A stretch of 64,000 nucleotides of DNA from Oculina patagonica (lineage: Eukaryota). Below are positions 1 to 14,500 of the stretch, piece after piece. The DNA is taken from assembly GCF_052425735.1 (NCBI RefSeq), contig NC_135769.1:32302001-32366000 (forward strand). Reading direction: 5' to 3'. Each line of letters begins with the position of its first letter. The stretch's first letter is position 1. Made by a program: the position numbers and the translations under genes. The notes beneath the pieces are model-generated. The model saw only the letters and a list, made by a program, of their open reading frames with translations, had not been told where the DNA came from and searched no databases.

Positions 1-467
1 CTCTCGTAAGCGGACAGCTCTACTTACGGTCGCCTTGTCTGAAACCCCGTTTTTACTCCCATACAAACTCTGTATTTTTACATTCTCGTAAGCGGACATT
101 CCCGTAAGCGGCCGCGGACACTTTCAGAGATTACGATTTAGACTTTTTCTTTGTTTTTATTCTCCCGTAAGCGGACAGCCCAAAGAAAATCCTATTGACA
201 ACCTCTGAATCTTGTTTTTATAAATCAACTTCACATCGCCATTCGTCACAATGATTTTAAAGTAATTACAGAACCATATTTCAGTGTTTGTTTTGTCGTC
301 ATCCACGTTCGTCCGGTTATTGTTAGCTGGGCAAGCTCCCGTAAGCGGCCATCTTTCCCCTTCACTTTTAGTGGCCGCTTACGAGAACCCTTCTCGTAAG
401 CGGCCAGCTCCAGTTACGGACACTTTTTTCGCGTCCCGAGGGTGTCCGCTTACGAGAGCTTCGACTG
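1..467. mobile_element. Tc1/mariner-pogo-like MITE (left end cut by window), copy 1
   Basis: Ends ...GAGAGCTTCGACTG followed by TA. Nearly identical to the complete copy at 42614-43103. Internal repeats of CGTAAGCGG. Confidence 0.85.
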
Positions 468-601
468 TAATAAAACTTTGTGGCTAATAATAATAAACTG
501 GTGCCTAATAATAAAACATTGTGCCTAATAATAATAAAACAATAATTTTGGCGGTAATGGCATAATAATTGCAATATTGTATTGAGCTGCCGTTCTTTCC
601 T

Positions 602-720
602 AGAACGGAAGCAAAATGCTCATTTCCGTTCTGGTGACGTCACTAAGAATGTACGAGTGCGGCTTCGCACTATTTAGTTCATCGTCGTTATGAAGTCGGC
701 ATTTCCGAAAGCAAAGCAAG
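602..720 (+). promoter_or_regulatory. Probable promoter and non-coding or uORF first exon of the RhoGEF gene
   Basis: Inverted AGAACGGAA...TTCCGTTCT pair, perfect CRE TGACGTCA at 635-642, strong donor AAG|GTGAG at 720/721. The ATG at 690 ends in phase 1, which does not match the SH3 exon at 2311. Confidence 0.4.
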
Positions 721-1135
721 GTGAGTTCCTGTGAGCGCGAATTTTACGGAACTTGAAAGTACAATCTCATATTTTCCTGCTAGAGCACTTCAAGATACAG
801 GCCAGTTTGTCCTTAAACGATTTGTTTATCAAATATAAACTCAAGAGTGAATATTTTGAAGACGTTTGGACTTCTCGTGTGATATCATTCGACCGCAGTT
901 TGACAGGTCAAACATGACATTTGATATGATAATGGTCACGACGTCTTCAGATGAGTGTGTTGGTTCATGTATTCACGAATTTATTTGAACAATTGGGGAC
1001 GTTTGCCTTGGTAAAATACTCCACAAGTGTTAGTGCAAGTTTCTACAAAGCTAAAGTTGACGTTGGAGCGGTGCTTTTGCCATTTTGGCTGGAATAATCT
1101 TCTAGAAATCGCTGTGAAAGTAATACTTAAAGGCG

Positions 1136-4100
1136 ATGGAAGAAGAAAGATTGGTTTCAGATGAATCAGGGTAAGTGCATTATCTCTTGTAGTTATTGCG
1201 GTAAAATGCGTGTAACTTTAATTTCGAGTTATAAACAAGTTTTTAATTTAGAACGGTTAAATGTTTGCAACCTATTAAGCTTATAATTGCAAAAATACAA
1301 TGACCATTGTAGCTGGATTTTTCGAAAGTTTGAAAACCAGTGCATTTCAAATACAATAAGCTTACTGTGTTTATTGCGCTTTTGTCAGTGCTTAATAAAA
1401 ACATTTTAGCTCATAAGTTCTGCATAATGTAGTGCTATTTGAACGGTAATTAAATGAAGCTTATTAGACAGAAGCAAAATATCGGTTTAGTTCCCAGTGT
1501 TTACAAGGCGGCAAAACCTGATTAATGAACTTTTGCCTGCTAAAATTTTTTAACAATAGGTGTCGAAATGAAAACAAAATGGTTGTATTTACTGTATTTG
1601 GATTGTACCCTCAAGCTGGGCCCTCTATGTGAATTGGCGTTCAAAAGTGTCATTTTCCGTTACTGGCAGTGTTTGCAATAATTTGTAAGAAATATTTTTT
1701 TTGAGGCAGAATCTGCAAATACATCTTGTTGCTAACACCTGTTTTATCTGCTTTTAAAGGAGAGGTGTCTGCTGTCAGCTGATAATAGTACAGTGGAATT
1801 TTATTTTTCTCATACCCTAAATTTTTCAAACCTCTCGATAACTCAACCCAAAAGTTGTCTCTCTTACTTCCGTCGAACATTGCAATGTTACTCCTCCCCC
1901 TAAGTTTGTTTCCCTGGGAGGTTTGAAAATCGGGATTCCACTGTTATTACTGTTTGGGAATCTAGGTTTTATGCACGCCAAATAAGTAATAAACAATATT
2001 TATTATATAAACATCAGTGAAATACCAGGAAATCTTTCGCACGAAAAAATCATATCTTCACACGCGAAAATAACAGGTTATTTTCACATGTGAAGATATC
2101 GATTTCGAAACATTTTCTGACAAGTTTGCCCTGTTTCAATGCTGAATGAACCAAAGTAAATCGATATTGCGCTCACTCGTGAGATATCGATTTGAACACT
2201 CGAAGATAAATTTCATATCTCCGCGCAACCATGTACTATCCTCTATATATATGGGGAAAATAAAAAAAATGTAATGAATTAATGAATACTCTAACTTTAC
2301 AACTTGGTAGGAGTCTTGAACAATTTGTTGCTGTGTGGGATTTTGAACCATCAAAAAAGGATGAATTGGGATTGTCAAAGGTAAATTAAAGGGTCAATTT
2401 AAACATTTAGCCCAGAACAGCCAAGGCATAATATCCGCTGAGAGAGCAGTAAGGACGAGTCATTCTTAATAAACGAAGTCAGGCAATATAGCACAAACCA
2501 ATGCAAGTAGCAACTGAGGCTTTGATGAGGCTTTGCTATGTTGTTCTATCATAGGCTATGCTCTCTGCTAATCCTGGCTAATTTTATCAGATATGTCCAG
2601 GATTGAACGCTAATGAGATGCACGTTCCTCATGACAGGCATCACAAAGTGTCCTCATTAATAAAAGTTCACCAAAACACACCAAAATCTATCATATATGA
2701 AGTAATATGGAAATGTCAAACAGCGCAGTCAAACATGAAGTACTCATTAAACAATACCTGCGTTCAATCCTGGACATAAGTGAATTTTATTAGCCAGGTT
2801 TAAAGCAGCTGGGGGCAGCGCTCGTGCTGAGCCCTGGGCCCTAGCTTGATCTGCAAGGGGTTCAACCCCTGATGATGTTTGCCACAGGGTGAAATCACTC
2901 ACATGCTTTCCCGTTTGTTTCATCTTGTCCCTCCCACCTCACCCATATATATTTGGTTACCCCTCTCCACAACAACTGTGTGGTGTGAAGTGCTGGGCTT
3001 TGTTCTGGTTGCTGGCATACCACAACCAGTTCCCCCAAGCACTGGGAGATCGTGGGTACCAGTCCGGCACGAGCTACCAATGCTGCAAGTGGCTGTTTTA
3101 ATTACCTCTTGTAAGACCTGCAAACTACATTTCTCTTCACTGCCTGTCCATAATTAAATAATTATTTTATTTGGTTGTTTTCTTTTTGCTTTATTCTGGA
3201 GACCAGGGTAGGAATTAATTATCCTGAATCATGATCTTTTTTCAACTACTCTACCTTTAAGTTTTCTCCCTGTGTTAAAGTATAAGAGAAGAACAGTTTT
3301 TATCATTTAACATATGCTTTCAAAATTTTATTTATTTTTCTTTCTTTGAATTTTGAAATACTTTTAAATGGCAGTTTTTTTGCATGCATTTTTTTTTCAA
3401 AATGACAAAAAGTATGGTATTATACAAAGCTACCTATAAACTACATGTGTTTATTTGTAATTCTTTATACCAGGGAGATATTGTATTTGTGGTTAAGAAG
3501 TATCAAGATGGCTGGTATAGAGGAATACGATCAAAAGATTTTCAGGTACAATACATGTTGAGTGTTGAATAATTATTTAGCTTTGTTACAATATGCTGTT
3601 CAAGGAAATATCCATACCCACCACATGACAGGTCACTGAAAATTCTGAGGATAAGGGAGGGCGAGAGGGAGTTTCAAAAGACAGAGTTTAAAGTGTATAT
3701 GACATGAAAAATATTTCCTGCTTATTTAAAAGGCCTTTTGAAATTCAGTAGAATGACGTTTTTCTTTTTGAAATATCTTTTTTTGTTTCAGAGATATTGA
3801 CGTTTTTGTATTATGCAAATTAGATCAGTGATGACGTCATAAGAATTGACTCTGGCTACGTTTACACGGACACGGTTTCATTTGTAACCGCATCGAAAGC
3901 GATGCGGTTATGCCTTTCGTTTACACGGCACCGATCGAGACCACTACTGTAATCGGGTCGTTTTGAAAACGCTGTCAAAAGTGGAGCGTTTTCAAAACGA
4001 TACGGTTTCGTTGTCGTGTAAACGGTCAAAAACGGCGAAACCGCATCGATTTGAAAACGGCCATGTATTTTGGCACGAACTAAAAAAAAAAATGGTAAAA

Positions 4101-5565
4101 TACTGAATAAATAATATCTCTAAAACTATTAAAGCAGTGTTCTTGAAACTTGGCACCACAAATGTGCATCACAAAAGAAACAAAATGTCACTCTTAGGGC
4201 TGTTGCCATGACAACAGTTTTGCCGCTGGTGCTGTCTCAATAAAAACTGAAATTCCCAGTTTTTGTCTTAACCAAGAACCATCTAGCGCAGCCAAACCGA
4301 TGGTGGGAATTAAGGCAATATGGGAACTATGTCTGTTCTAAGCGGGACCCTTTGTCTCACTTTAGAGGTCAGATATGGAGATATTTGTCTTTTTGACAGA
4401 GAGAGACTGGAGCTGAAAGAGTTGCTATGGCAACAATACTAAGGGTGTCACTTTGTTCCTGTTGTGATGCACATTCGTGGCCCCAAGTTTTAAGAACACT
4501 GCTTCAATATTTCCAGAGATGTTTTTTATTCAGTATTTTACCATTTTTAGAGTCAATTTTTATGATGTCATCGCTGATCTAATTTGCATAATACAAAAAC
4601 GTCAATATCTCTGAAACGTAAAAAGATATTTCGAAAAGAAAAATGCAATTCTTCTGTATTTCAAAAGGCCTTTCAAATAAGCAGAAAATATTTTTCATGT
4701 CATATACACTTTAAAGGAAAGTATGAATCGTAATTGCAAATTACCGGAAGGTTTGGAGGAGAGGAAGTTCAAGCTTAACACCTTCCTTGAGAGCAGGCTT
4801 TTAGCCAGGATTTAAAAAGTGGGAGCCCAAAATTTTTATAAGGCCTGACTTTGTGGACCCAAAGGAGGGCCTGAGAAGCATGCAAGATGTTGTGAGTTAT
4901 GAGTGCAAAGGTATCTAAAGATTTCCAAATTTGCTAAAAAAAAAAACCCTCTGTATACAGCTATTCATATTAATTTTCTCTGAAAAGTGGCCATTAATAG
5001 GACTCCTGGACTCCCACCTGGCTTAAAGCTTGTATGAGAGGGCCATAGATGTTTTCTAGGACAACATAACATGTCGTCACCTCTTTTGTTTTTTTAATTT
5101 GCCTGATCCTGTTTAGCTGATCAGCTTTGTTATTTGCTGCATGCTCAGGCCTTGTCTTAATTTGAGAACATGACTCATTTGTTGAAGAATATATACCCAT
5201 AATAATTATTGTAATATGTAGATCAGTCCAACTTAAATCATCCAGCCAAATTGTCTCAGTTTGAACTAACATTTCTCTGTCATCACCAGGCTGGGTGCTT
5301 TCCTGGGAATTTTGTCATGAAGGCATCAGGAGAAGTTGGAAATACTGACTGGTAAGATGAGATCAGAAATACATCAAATTTATAAAGGTCAGGGGATGAC
5401 TTCAAAGGGTTCACTCAGCAAATTGGTTTCCTATACCTAATTGTACAAGTCATGTAAAAACATTGTTTATCCTAGCCTTGGTACACTCTTTTTTTTTTCT
5501 ATAAGAATCTAGTTTATACGAATATCGAGGTTGAAATTTGCGAATTTTAAAGAATATTTTAATAA

Positions 5566-5596
<31 letters not shown>

Positions 5597-8500
5597 CAGT
5601 TTCTAGTTGAAACAAAATCAGGTATTTTCATTTCCCTCACTTTATCTCTGTGAGGAGTGCTTTGTTTAAAGCCAAAACGGCTAGGCTGCACCGAAAAGCA
5701 ATGGTACATGTACACAATGTAACACGATACAGATCTGGACACCAAAAACTTGTAATTGATAACCCAATACTTGCTAAAACGGAAATGTCAAACGGTATTT
5801 TCTAAGAATGTTCATAAGAATATTTCAGCCTAAAATCGGCAGAAAAATAAGAATATTCAGCCTGGGTCGGAAAAACTGTATTCTTATAAAAAAAAAAAAA
5901 AAAAAGAGTGTAATCATTCTTTTGCCATTTTGTTACAAGTGTGACCTTGTTCTCAGTACATGATCTGGATCCAGGTAATTTGGGATATTTTTGCTCTTGG
6001 CCAGGGCTATCGGGTCACGTACATACTGAAGAATGCCAATATTTTGGGAGCTAAATGTAAACTGGAGTGGACTACCATAAAAATTAAGGTGATTAGCTCA
6101 GACAAAGGTTTAACTTGTAATAAATAAATTCGCTCTCCCATTTCTTCAGGCAAGAGGTGTCAGAGAATCTCTCATCTTCCCCAACAACAGAGGTCAACTC
6201 AAAAATTTTAGAAGATTTAGAAAATGATCGAACTAATTTGACCTCAGAGGGCTGTTGTGAGACAAATGACCAATGTAAGGATATGGAACACCGGCAGCCA
6301 GATATCAATCAAAATGGCGTGCACAGAACTGATTCGATTATCAGTGGTAATGCCAGTCCTGGATCATTCACTTCATTTCATGGGTTGAATATACTTGCTG
6401 AACAAATGGGACAGGATGGAGAAGGTAACGTAGAGAATTTATTTATAATAGAGTGTTTTGCACTTGAGTGTTGAAAGTAATTGGTTTTGCATTATTATGT
6501 TAGTGATTGGTTTAAAAAATTCATGGCACTTTCTTAACTGACCAGAAGTAAAACCAAAGTCAATCATGGCTCACTCACATGCATTTTCTTCAAGGGTTGA
6601 TTTGATCCCTGGTCAGGATTGTTTGTGTCCTTTGTGATGACCCAGAATGATTACTTTTGGTATTGGTTTTACAAAACTCGATTAAAAACTATCACTTCTG
6701 TTGGTTTCAAAAATTTCATGATTACGCAGGTACCCATGTTTAAAATTGTGCAGTCATACTTTTTAGGTGGTCAAGATAGATCAGGCTCAAAAAATGGTCC
6801 CTTTCAGAAGTAAAAAAAAAACGTGAGCGACGACCAGATGGGTCTCCTTAAGGGGTTTATGTATTTTTTTGTTATAGGACAGTGTTAAAGGTATTAATTG
6901 AAAGTTGATCTGCCCTTAACAGACCTTACTTTTATCATGTATGTAAAAGTTTTCAATTTTTTGGACTGACTTTTTTGTGTTATTAAAATTCTTGCAAGAT
7001 GAAGGTGAAGTCCAGCCATCTAGTAAGGAAGTCACTGTTAGGTTATTGTAACCATCATAATTACTATTTCTATTCACTAAAACAATTGCAATCAAATAAA
7101 CACACAAAAAATATGTTATCATGCTTTCTGTTTTTAAACTGTAGAATCTGAGGAACGGAAAAGAACTAGAGCTGCAATGGTATGTTGCATTAGTACATTC
7201 TTAGCAGTATTGATCGATAAGCATTCTGTGATTAAATCAAATATAAAAAATGTTGCAGTTAATTTTTGATCTCAGTTAAATTTTTATTTAAACTAGTTAT
7301 TTATTTTATAACTATTTTTTTTATACATGTACTAGGTTAATAAGTAGAGAAAGATAATCACCTCCCCTCCTTTGCAGTGTTCTCCCTAGGTATTTAAGGC
7401 CAGGCGGGCCGCCTAGCTTGATTCACAGGAAAATCGTTGCCGCCTGGCTTAAAAATTGAAGATGTAACACAACATAACCCTACTGTTTGAGATCTGGAAC
7501 GGGAATTCCTTTCCATAAGCAAAGACAAAATCACTTTTTTACTGTGTTTTCGCACCTTTAATATCATTTTAAATGTCATTTACCCTTGCATTAATGTGTT
7601 TAAATCTGTGAGTGTGATGCATTCGTTTTGTTGAGCAGAAGCTACCCTTAGTTTTATCAAATTGCTACAGAAACACAACAGCACTTCAAGGTGCCGTACA
7701 TGGAACACTAAACGAAGTTATCGTGTTCGTATAAAGAATGGTGAACTCAGCTGAACTTACTTTGAAAAAAAAAACACAAAAAAGTGATAGTAACGTGGGG
7801 GAACAACTTCCGCAAATCAGGTTTTGACGGCATTTAAAAATCACAGTCAGATTACCGCCTGGCCTTCCCAAAATCCTAGGGAGAACACTGCTTTGATGTC
7901 TTATAATCCCCCCCCCCCCCACCATCCTTTAGTTACTATCCCAACCTTTGCTATCTGCTATTATCCCCATCCCCTAACTACTGTCATCGGGTTTTTGACT
8001 TACCTGCACTAGATTTATACTTTCAACCTCTGGATTTGCTGTCCAACCCTTTAATCCACTTTGCCACATAGGAAACGTTGGGTGAACCACTATTTTTTGA
8101 AAAAATATGACTCAAACCCATACCCTAACCCTATTATTTACCTAGTATAAAAATCAGCTAGTTAGAAAAAACTTAGGTACTAGTTAATATAATAAAAACA
8201 TTAACTGAGATCAAAATTAACTACAACATATACATATACTAAAATATTAATTAACTGAATGTCAGAGGTCTTTAATTTAAACATCTACATGTGTAATGTT
8301 ATGAGTAAGGTGTTCATTTGGGTAATAATGTTATCCTTGTTCTCCAGGAGCTCCTGACATCTGAGGTTTCTTATTTCAATGGCTTAAATCTATTATCTGG
8401 GGTTAGTATCCTTCATTTACAAATTTCATCTTAATTTATGTACTATTAGCTGTCACAAATTCAAAGAAGAAATCTTGGGAGAAATAATTACTTTCAATTG

Positions 8501-11500
8501 TCATTTAATTGTATTTTATTCCTCAGCATTACATAAGACCACTTAAGAAGCTTCGTATAATATCCAGTGAAGATCTGGAAAGAATATTTGCTAATGCAGA
8601 GGTAAGGGTCTTCCCATCTGTCATTTTATTTCTTGTAATGTCAAGGTTGTGTTCATTGGTTTTCAGAGTTCAGAAGTATTGAGCTGTTAATTTGACTTCA
8701 GGAGTATTGAGCTGTTAATTCATTAGCTAGCCTGCTTAATAGTGTTATTTGTCTTAGTCTTTAGAGAAAATAAGTAAAGAACTGGTTGCTAAACTTCAAG
8801 CACGTTTGGCACGCTGGGATGTTAATACAACTCAGATTGGTGACGTCCTTGGAGAAATGGTAGGTTATGATAAGTATTACATACACTTGCATGTACAGTA
8901 CATGTGTGTTTGTGTGCATGTGTGTTTTATTTAATGTGTTCAATGGCATGCATGTATTTCTTGGTTTAAAATTATCTTAGGTTTAAACATTTTTAATTAA
9001 CCAGTTCTATTAGGTGTTATTTTTCTTTGTTTTAGATAATGACAATGAATGTATAAGACCATAGAAAATAAAAGTAAACTGGTTTGGAAAAAAATTAAAC
9101 CAAAGACATGTAAAAACAATAAATTGAAGCATTACTTATGATTTTGAAGATAACAAAAACGTGGTGTCATCCGCCTCAGTTTTGAAGGTTTTTGACAGTT
9201 TTGTCTGACTTGTGAGCTCTGTTCAAAATACTCATTAATTCTTTTTTTTTAGTTTTCGTACTTGATGATGTTTGAGCCATATTTTAAGTCAAGGAAGAGA
9301 GGCAATGAGGTACTGTTGTATACAAGTGTACATGCAGGCCATGTATTGCAGTACATGTATTTATAACTGAAGTTGTTTATATGCAAAGTCTGTGGTCTGG
9401 TACAGGAACAAGTGACCTTCCCTGAGCAGGTAGTATGAGGAATTGACAAGGATTGTAGTAGACGGTTTCATTAAGGCAGTCTGCACTTGATGATACATTG
9501 GGAAAAGAATTGAGAGAGTTGGTTTAGAGGAATAAATGTTATGTAAAGTATGCTTACGTAGTATGTTTACAGATAATCTGCTTCTCTAGAATCAGATTGG
9601 CTATTGTTTGTTAATTTAAAAAAGTTTACTAAAAATGTTATCAAATTAATAGGTAAAAGCAAAATTGGAACGAAACAATGAGAAGTTCAGGAATTTTTTG
9701 GCCAAGGTGAGACAATTTTTATAAGTTTAGACACTAAACAAGTCAGTGTGTTTCAAAATCAGTTTAGTTTTTAACTTGATAACTACTGAAATGTAAATCT
9801 ACATTTAGAAGCACCTTATTCTATTTTTTTTTTATTGTGGACCTCCCTGAAAACCACTCAGTGACGGAAGCCTCCTCTTGAAAAATTATTTATTCTAATT
9901 ATTTATTTATTTTTATTAGAGGCAGATTGTTAAGTTTTACTTTTTTTCAGGTCAATTGCAGTCATACTCTGGACTCACTGTTACTTATGCCAATACAGGT
10001 ACGATCAGACCAGTAACCTATTTACACCTTAGGAGAAGCCACGAGCCAAGCGGCCCACACTGCCGGAGCTTATCCCGGTTTCCGTAGCATTAAGCGGCTA
10101 GGAATATTTCTACTCCCTCCTGAATGGGATGCTAGTCCATTGCAGGGTTCTCCCCCAGCATTATGTCGCCGGTACCCATTTATACACCTGGGTGGAGAGA
10201 GGCACTATGAGAGTAAAGTGTCTTGCTCAAGAACACAACACAAGTGACCCCGGCCGGGGCTCGAACTCGAACCGCTCGATCCGGAGTCCGGCGCACTAAC
10301 CATTAGACCACCGTGCCTCCCATTATTTACACCTTATGAAGGTCCTAATTGACACTCATCTGTTTCATTCTTTTTCAGAGAGTTCCCAGATATGAACTTA
10401 TACTAAAAGAATTAGTAAAAAGAACAAAAGAGGTAAGAGGTTCTGTATCCAGTGGAGTACTCTGTACTCAATCCTTGAAGTCACAACTATTTTGGTTGTA
10501 TTTTTTAACTGTAGGATCACCCAGACTATGAAAACCTGAAAGAAGCAAAAAGTAAAGCACAAAAGGTAAAAAAAAATGTAACTGTCGTTTTATAGTGGTC
10601 ATGCACTTAGCTTTGAGATAGCTACGGTAGATAACAGACATGCCACTCACTGAAACAGAGGAACCAAACATTTTAATTGAACATAACATTGTTAAAAATC
10701 CCAACTGGCAGAAGACAGACCAGTTGGCTATACACAAAGTGTGACCAAGGATTTGAACTTTGGATGACTGAGAACAAATTCAGCTAGTGGCAGCTGGGTG
10801 GAGGGTTTGAATCTGAGACCTTCAGATAACAACACCAGCACCCAAACTACCCAGCCACGCTGCCTCCTTAGGTACACTATATTTAGTAAACATATACTTT
10901 GAACAGCGCCTTTCAAGTTTATAGTACAAGGCAAAAACTAACCAGTTAACCTGCTTACATACCAGCTAAAAATATCAGTTGAGAATTTCCTTATTGGAAC
11001 ATCAAGACAACATTCCATAGATGTTGGTAAGAGCTTTATAACAAAACAAAATTTTATGATTTTTTTCCTAATCCACAGACTGCTGAGGCCTTAAACGAGC
11101 ACATTCGTCAAATAGAGAATGAAACCAAAGTTGTTGAAATTATGAAGAGTTTTCCTAATGATGAATTGGTAATTAAGTTTCATTATCATTCATGAGCTGT
11201 TTCATTTGAATGTTTGTTATGTTCTTGTATAGGTTGATTCTTTTATTCATAACTCCAAGCTTGTTCTAGTAACTTTTTTTTATTTTGTATTTTACAGAAT
11301 CTTATTCGGCCTGCTACCCAAAATGGACAAGGTGATTTTACGTACAATTTAGGTCACCCTTTTTCATGGCTTCTTGTACATTGTGAATTACTGGAAATTT
11401 TGGGCTTCAAATCCTTTTGACTTTTAAGAAATATTTAATGGGCAGTTTGTGAAGTGAAAGGCTAAAAGTAGGAGGGGGCCCAGATACAGGTTATTACATA

Positions 11501-14500
11501 AGGATAAGAGAAAAGTTCATATTAAAAAGTACATTGTACTAAGTCTTACAAGTTTTCTAAGCCTGGGCTTTTAGATATAGGTCTCACATTATTACAACAA
11601 TCAAACATTAGTCTCGCATGACGACGCATTTCTGGCTGTATCAAATATTTTTAACATTGTCATCTCTTTTCAGGAAAACAGTTCGGAACAGTACGTCTCA
11701 GGTAACAATATGCATATTCATACATAGCAGCTTTATCTGGCTTAAAGATAATGCAGTTACCAGTATATATTTGCAGCCTAGCTAACTTCTCGTAACAAGA
11801 ATTAGCAATTAGGTATTTATTCAGGCTAGGGAAATTAGAGAAAGATAAGTGATACCTCCGTGTGGACCAGTTGTAAAGTTTGAGCTTAAGTGAAAATACT
11901 GAACTCTGGTCCTTTGTCTGAGTTATGTAAAAAGAAATTTTAACTCAATTGCAAATTTGCAGTTCAAATTTAAGTTCAAACAAGGTTATTTTTATCTGGT
12001 GTTCTCAAATTGCTGAGACATCTTTTTTTCTTTTGTTGTTCTAGGAAACATGAAAGAGACAGGTTGACAAATATATCAAAAAGTCTCAAAAGGTAGGAAA
12101 CAGAGATCTTTACAAACCTCCAAGTTGTGACCATTTTAGTCGCCATGGCAACTAGAATGTTGGAACTGGCGACTAAATTGTAAAACAAGTCGCCAGCCTG
12201 GCAACTACAAGAGGACTGTTCCGGAGCTTGAGCAAAAATTATCATCTGAACTAAAAACTGCTCTGTACATTGGCTATTCTTCTATTAAAACCTACTGGGG
12301 ACCAGTAAGCTTTGTAAGCTGATCTTTTTATTCTTTTGTTTCTTCCAAGGAAAAATTTTGCAGTAAAATTTAGTTTCATTTGCACTTTTTGGTGCATAGA
12401 TTCATAGATAGTCACCAAATGGGCGCTAAGGAAAAAGGTTAACTTAGAGGGTTGGTTTATTACATTTACAGTGTTTGTAAATGGTTAGAGAAGAAAATAA
12501 TATGCATGCACTGACTGGGTGATTCCAACTTATGGCTCTAGGGACAATCCTGGCAAAGACTTGTTATTGATTGTTTTCCTTGTTTATAGGATCTCCCTTC
12601 CTCTGATGGACAGCATTGAAACTCAAACATCTCCTAGAGTTCATTACAAATACAGTACAGGCACACTGCCACGTCTTGGTCACCCTCCTGCTGAGAATAG
12701 CAGCGACAGTGACAGTGATTCAGATACTGCCCCATTAGGAGACACATTTATCACTAGGTAATTAAGTTATTGCAAGACAAAATAAATTTCAAAATGTTTC
12801 AAATACTGTTAACAATATTCAGTTTAAATGACCAACTGGGTAGCCTTGATTTCTAGTTGTTTAGATGTCAGTGAAATGCAGGCTGCAGACAACTTGGCTT
12901 GAAAATGAGCATACATGTGGGGTGCTTTATTTTATCTTCCAATCTTGGTCATCAGCTGCTTTTATTCCAGGGAGGGAAAACCTTTATTTAAATCACTGAT
13001 TAAAAAGATGATGATGATGATAAAAACAAGACTTCAAAAAAGAAACTTAAAGTTATCGGACAAAGATGCATGTCATTTTTATTCTGATCTTCAACAAGTA
13101 AACATATCATGCCTGTTTAAGAATTTTTAATCAAATCAACTGCTGAAAGTAATGTAGGATGTCTCTGATTTCTTTTCAGTACATTCATTTATGAGGGTGA
13201 AGTTGAACGAGTAACCAAGAAAGCCACTGGTTCTAGTGAAGGAGGAATGGTACATGAAACAGTTGAAAGGTCAGGAAGCTAATTCACAACTGTTCACTTC
13301 TTCATCTTCAGTGAGAAAGACATGGGTGTTAAGTCTAGTAAAATAGCAGTGAAGGAAGGGGAAACTGATATCAGGGAGCAGGATATGGGTTGGTGTTAAT
13401 TGGTCATGGAATAAAGTTACAGGGGGACATTTTATTAGCCAAAGCTGTCACTCATTGGATCCAGATGGGAGGCTATTTCAAGAATAGTACAATTTTGTGT
13501 AGACTTATAAGGTGAAGATCTATCTGCACAGCCACCCCAAAGAAATTTTGTTTACTAGAGTGCATATGATCGTCAGTTAATCGTTAAAAAGGTACTTCTG
13601 ACATGTAAATAGTACATGCTTCCAACTTCCAGAGGGCACGCATTTTTCTAGTCATTCTGTGCTATGGGTACATTGGAATTAAGCACCAGCAGAGTGTAGC
13701 TTTAGAGATCTTGATTAATATTTATAGGAATGTGATGACCTCATTCATGATGATGTGCTCAGGTGTCCTTGTAGATGAGGTTTAAGAGGAGAATTTCAAT
13801 CTGACTAGCTAGTAATTAAATTTATTTTTTTTTTATCTTTCAGACATCTTTTCTTATTTAATAATGTCTTGTTAGTTGGCTTGGTAAGTTTAACAGTTCT
13901 TCTCCCGAAAGAACTTCATGTTTCTAGTGCTTTTAATTATTGATTATATATTTTAAAAGGTTTCTCTGACAGTGACTTATATTGTAACTGAAATGAGTAT
14001 TTTTTGTTTGTTAAAGGCATCAGAAAATCTTATAACAGGGAAGAAATCTTATAAACTCAAGGACAGCGTTTGTCTTGCACAAGCTTGGGTTACGGCACCA
14101 AGTGCATACTATAACAATCCACCAAACAATAGTAAGTCACAATACAAGTAACTAACAGACTGTATTACAATTTAATGAGCCAAGACCATTGTTAGTTTAA
14201 ATATATTTTCCTGATTGTTGCTATGATTTGTTATTAAATGTTATCTGTTTTTAACCTAAACTTACTTATATGTTTATTTGTTTCCTTAGTAATAACTTCA
14301 ATTTTTTTTTAATTTCAGTGTTCATTTTGGGAACACCAACACAAATTTACAAATTTTTAGCACCATCTGGAAGTCAAAAAGAGAAATGGGAGAATAAACT
14401 GAAAAAATATATTGAGAAGGAAAAACAAGCATTTGTTGAGGTAAGTTAAACATAAAATTTAATGGAAACAAATGCTTACATTGTGATGAGAATAGGGTAT

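Noticed and set aside
8674-8720. Direct repeat AGTATTGAGCTGTTAATT in a RhoGEF intron
   Set aside because: Simple local duplication. It is not needed as an exon because the flanking exons join in phase.
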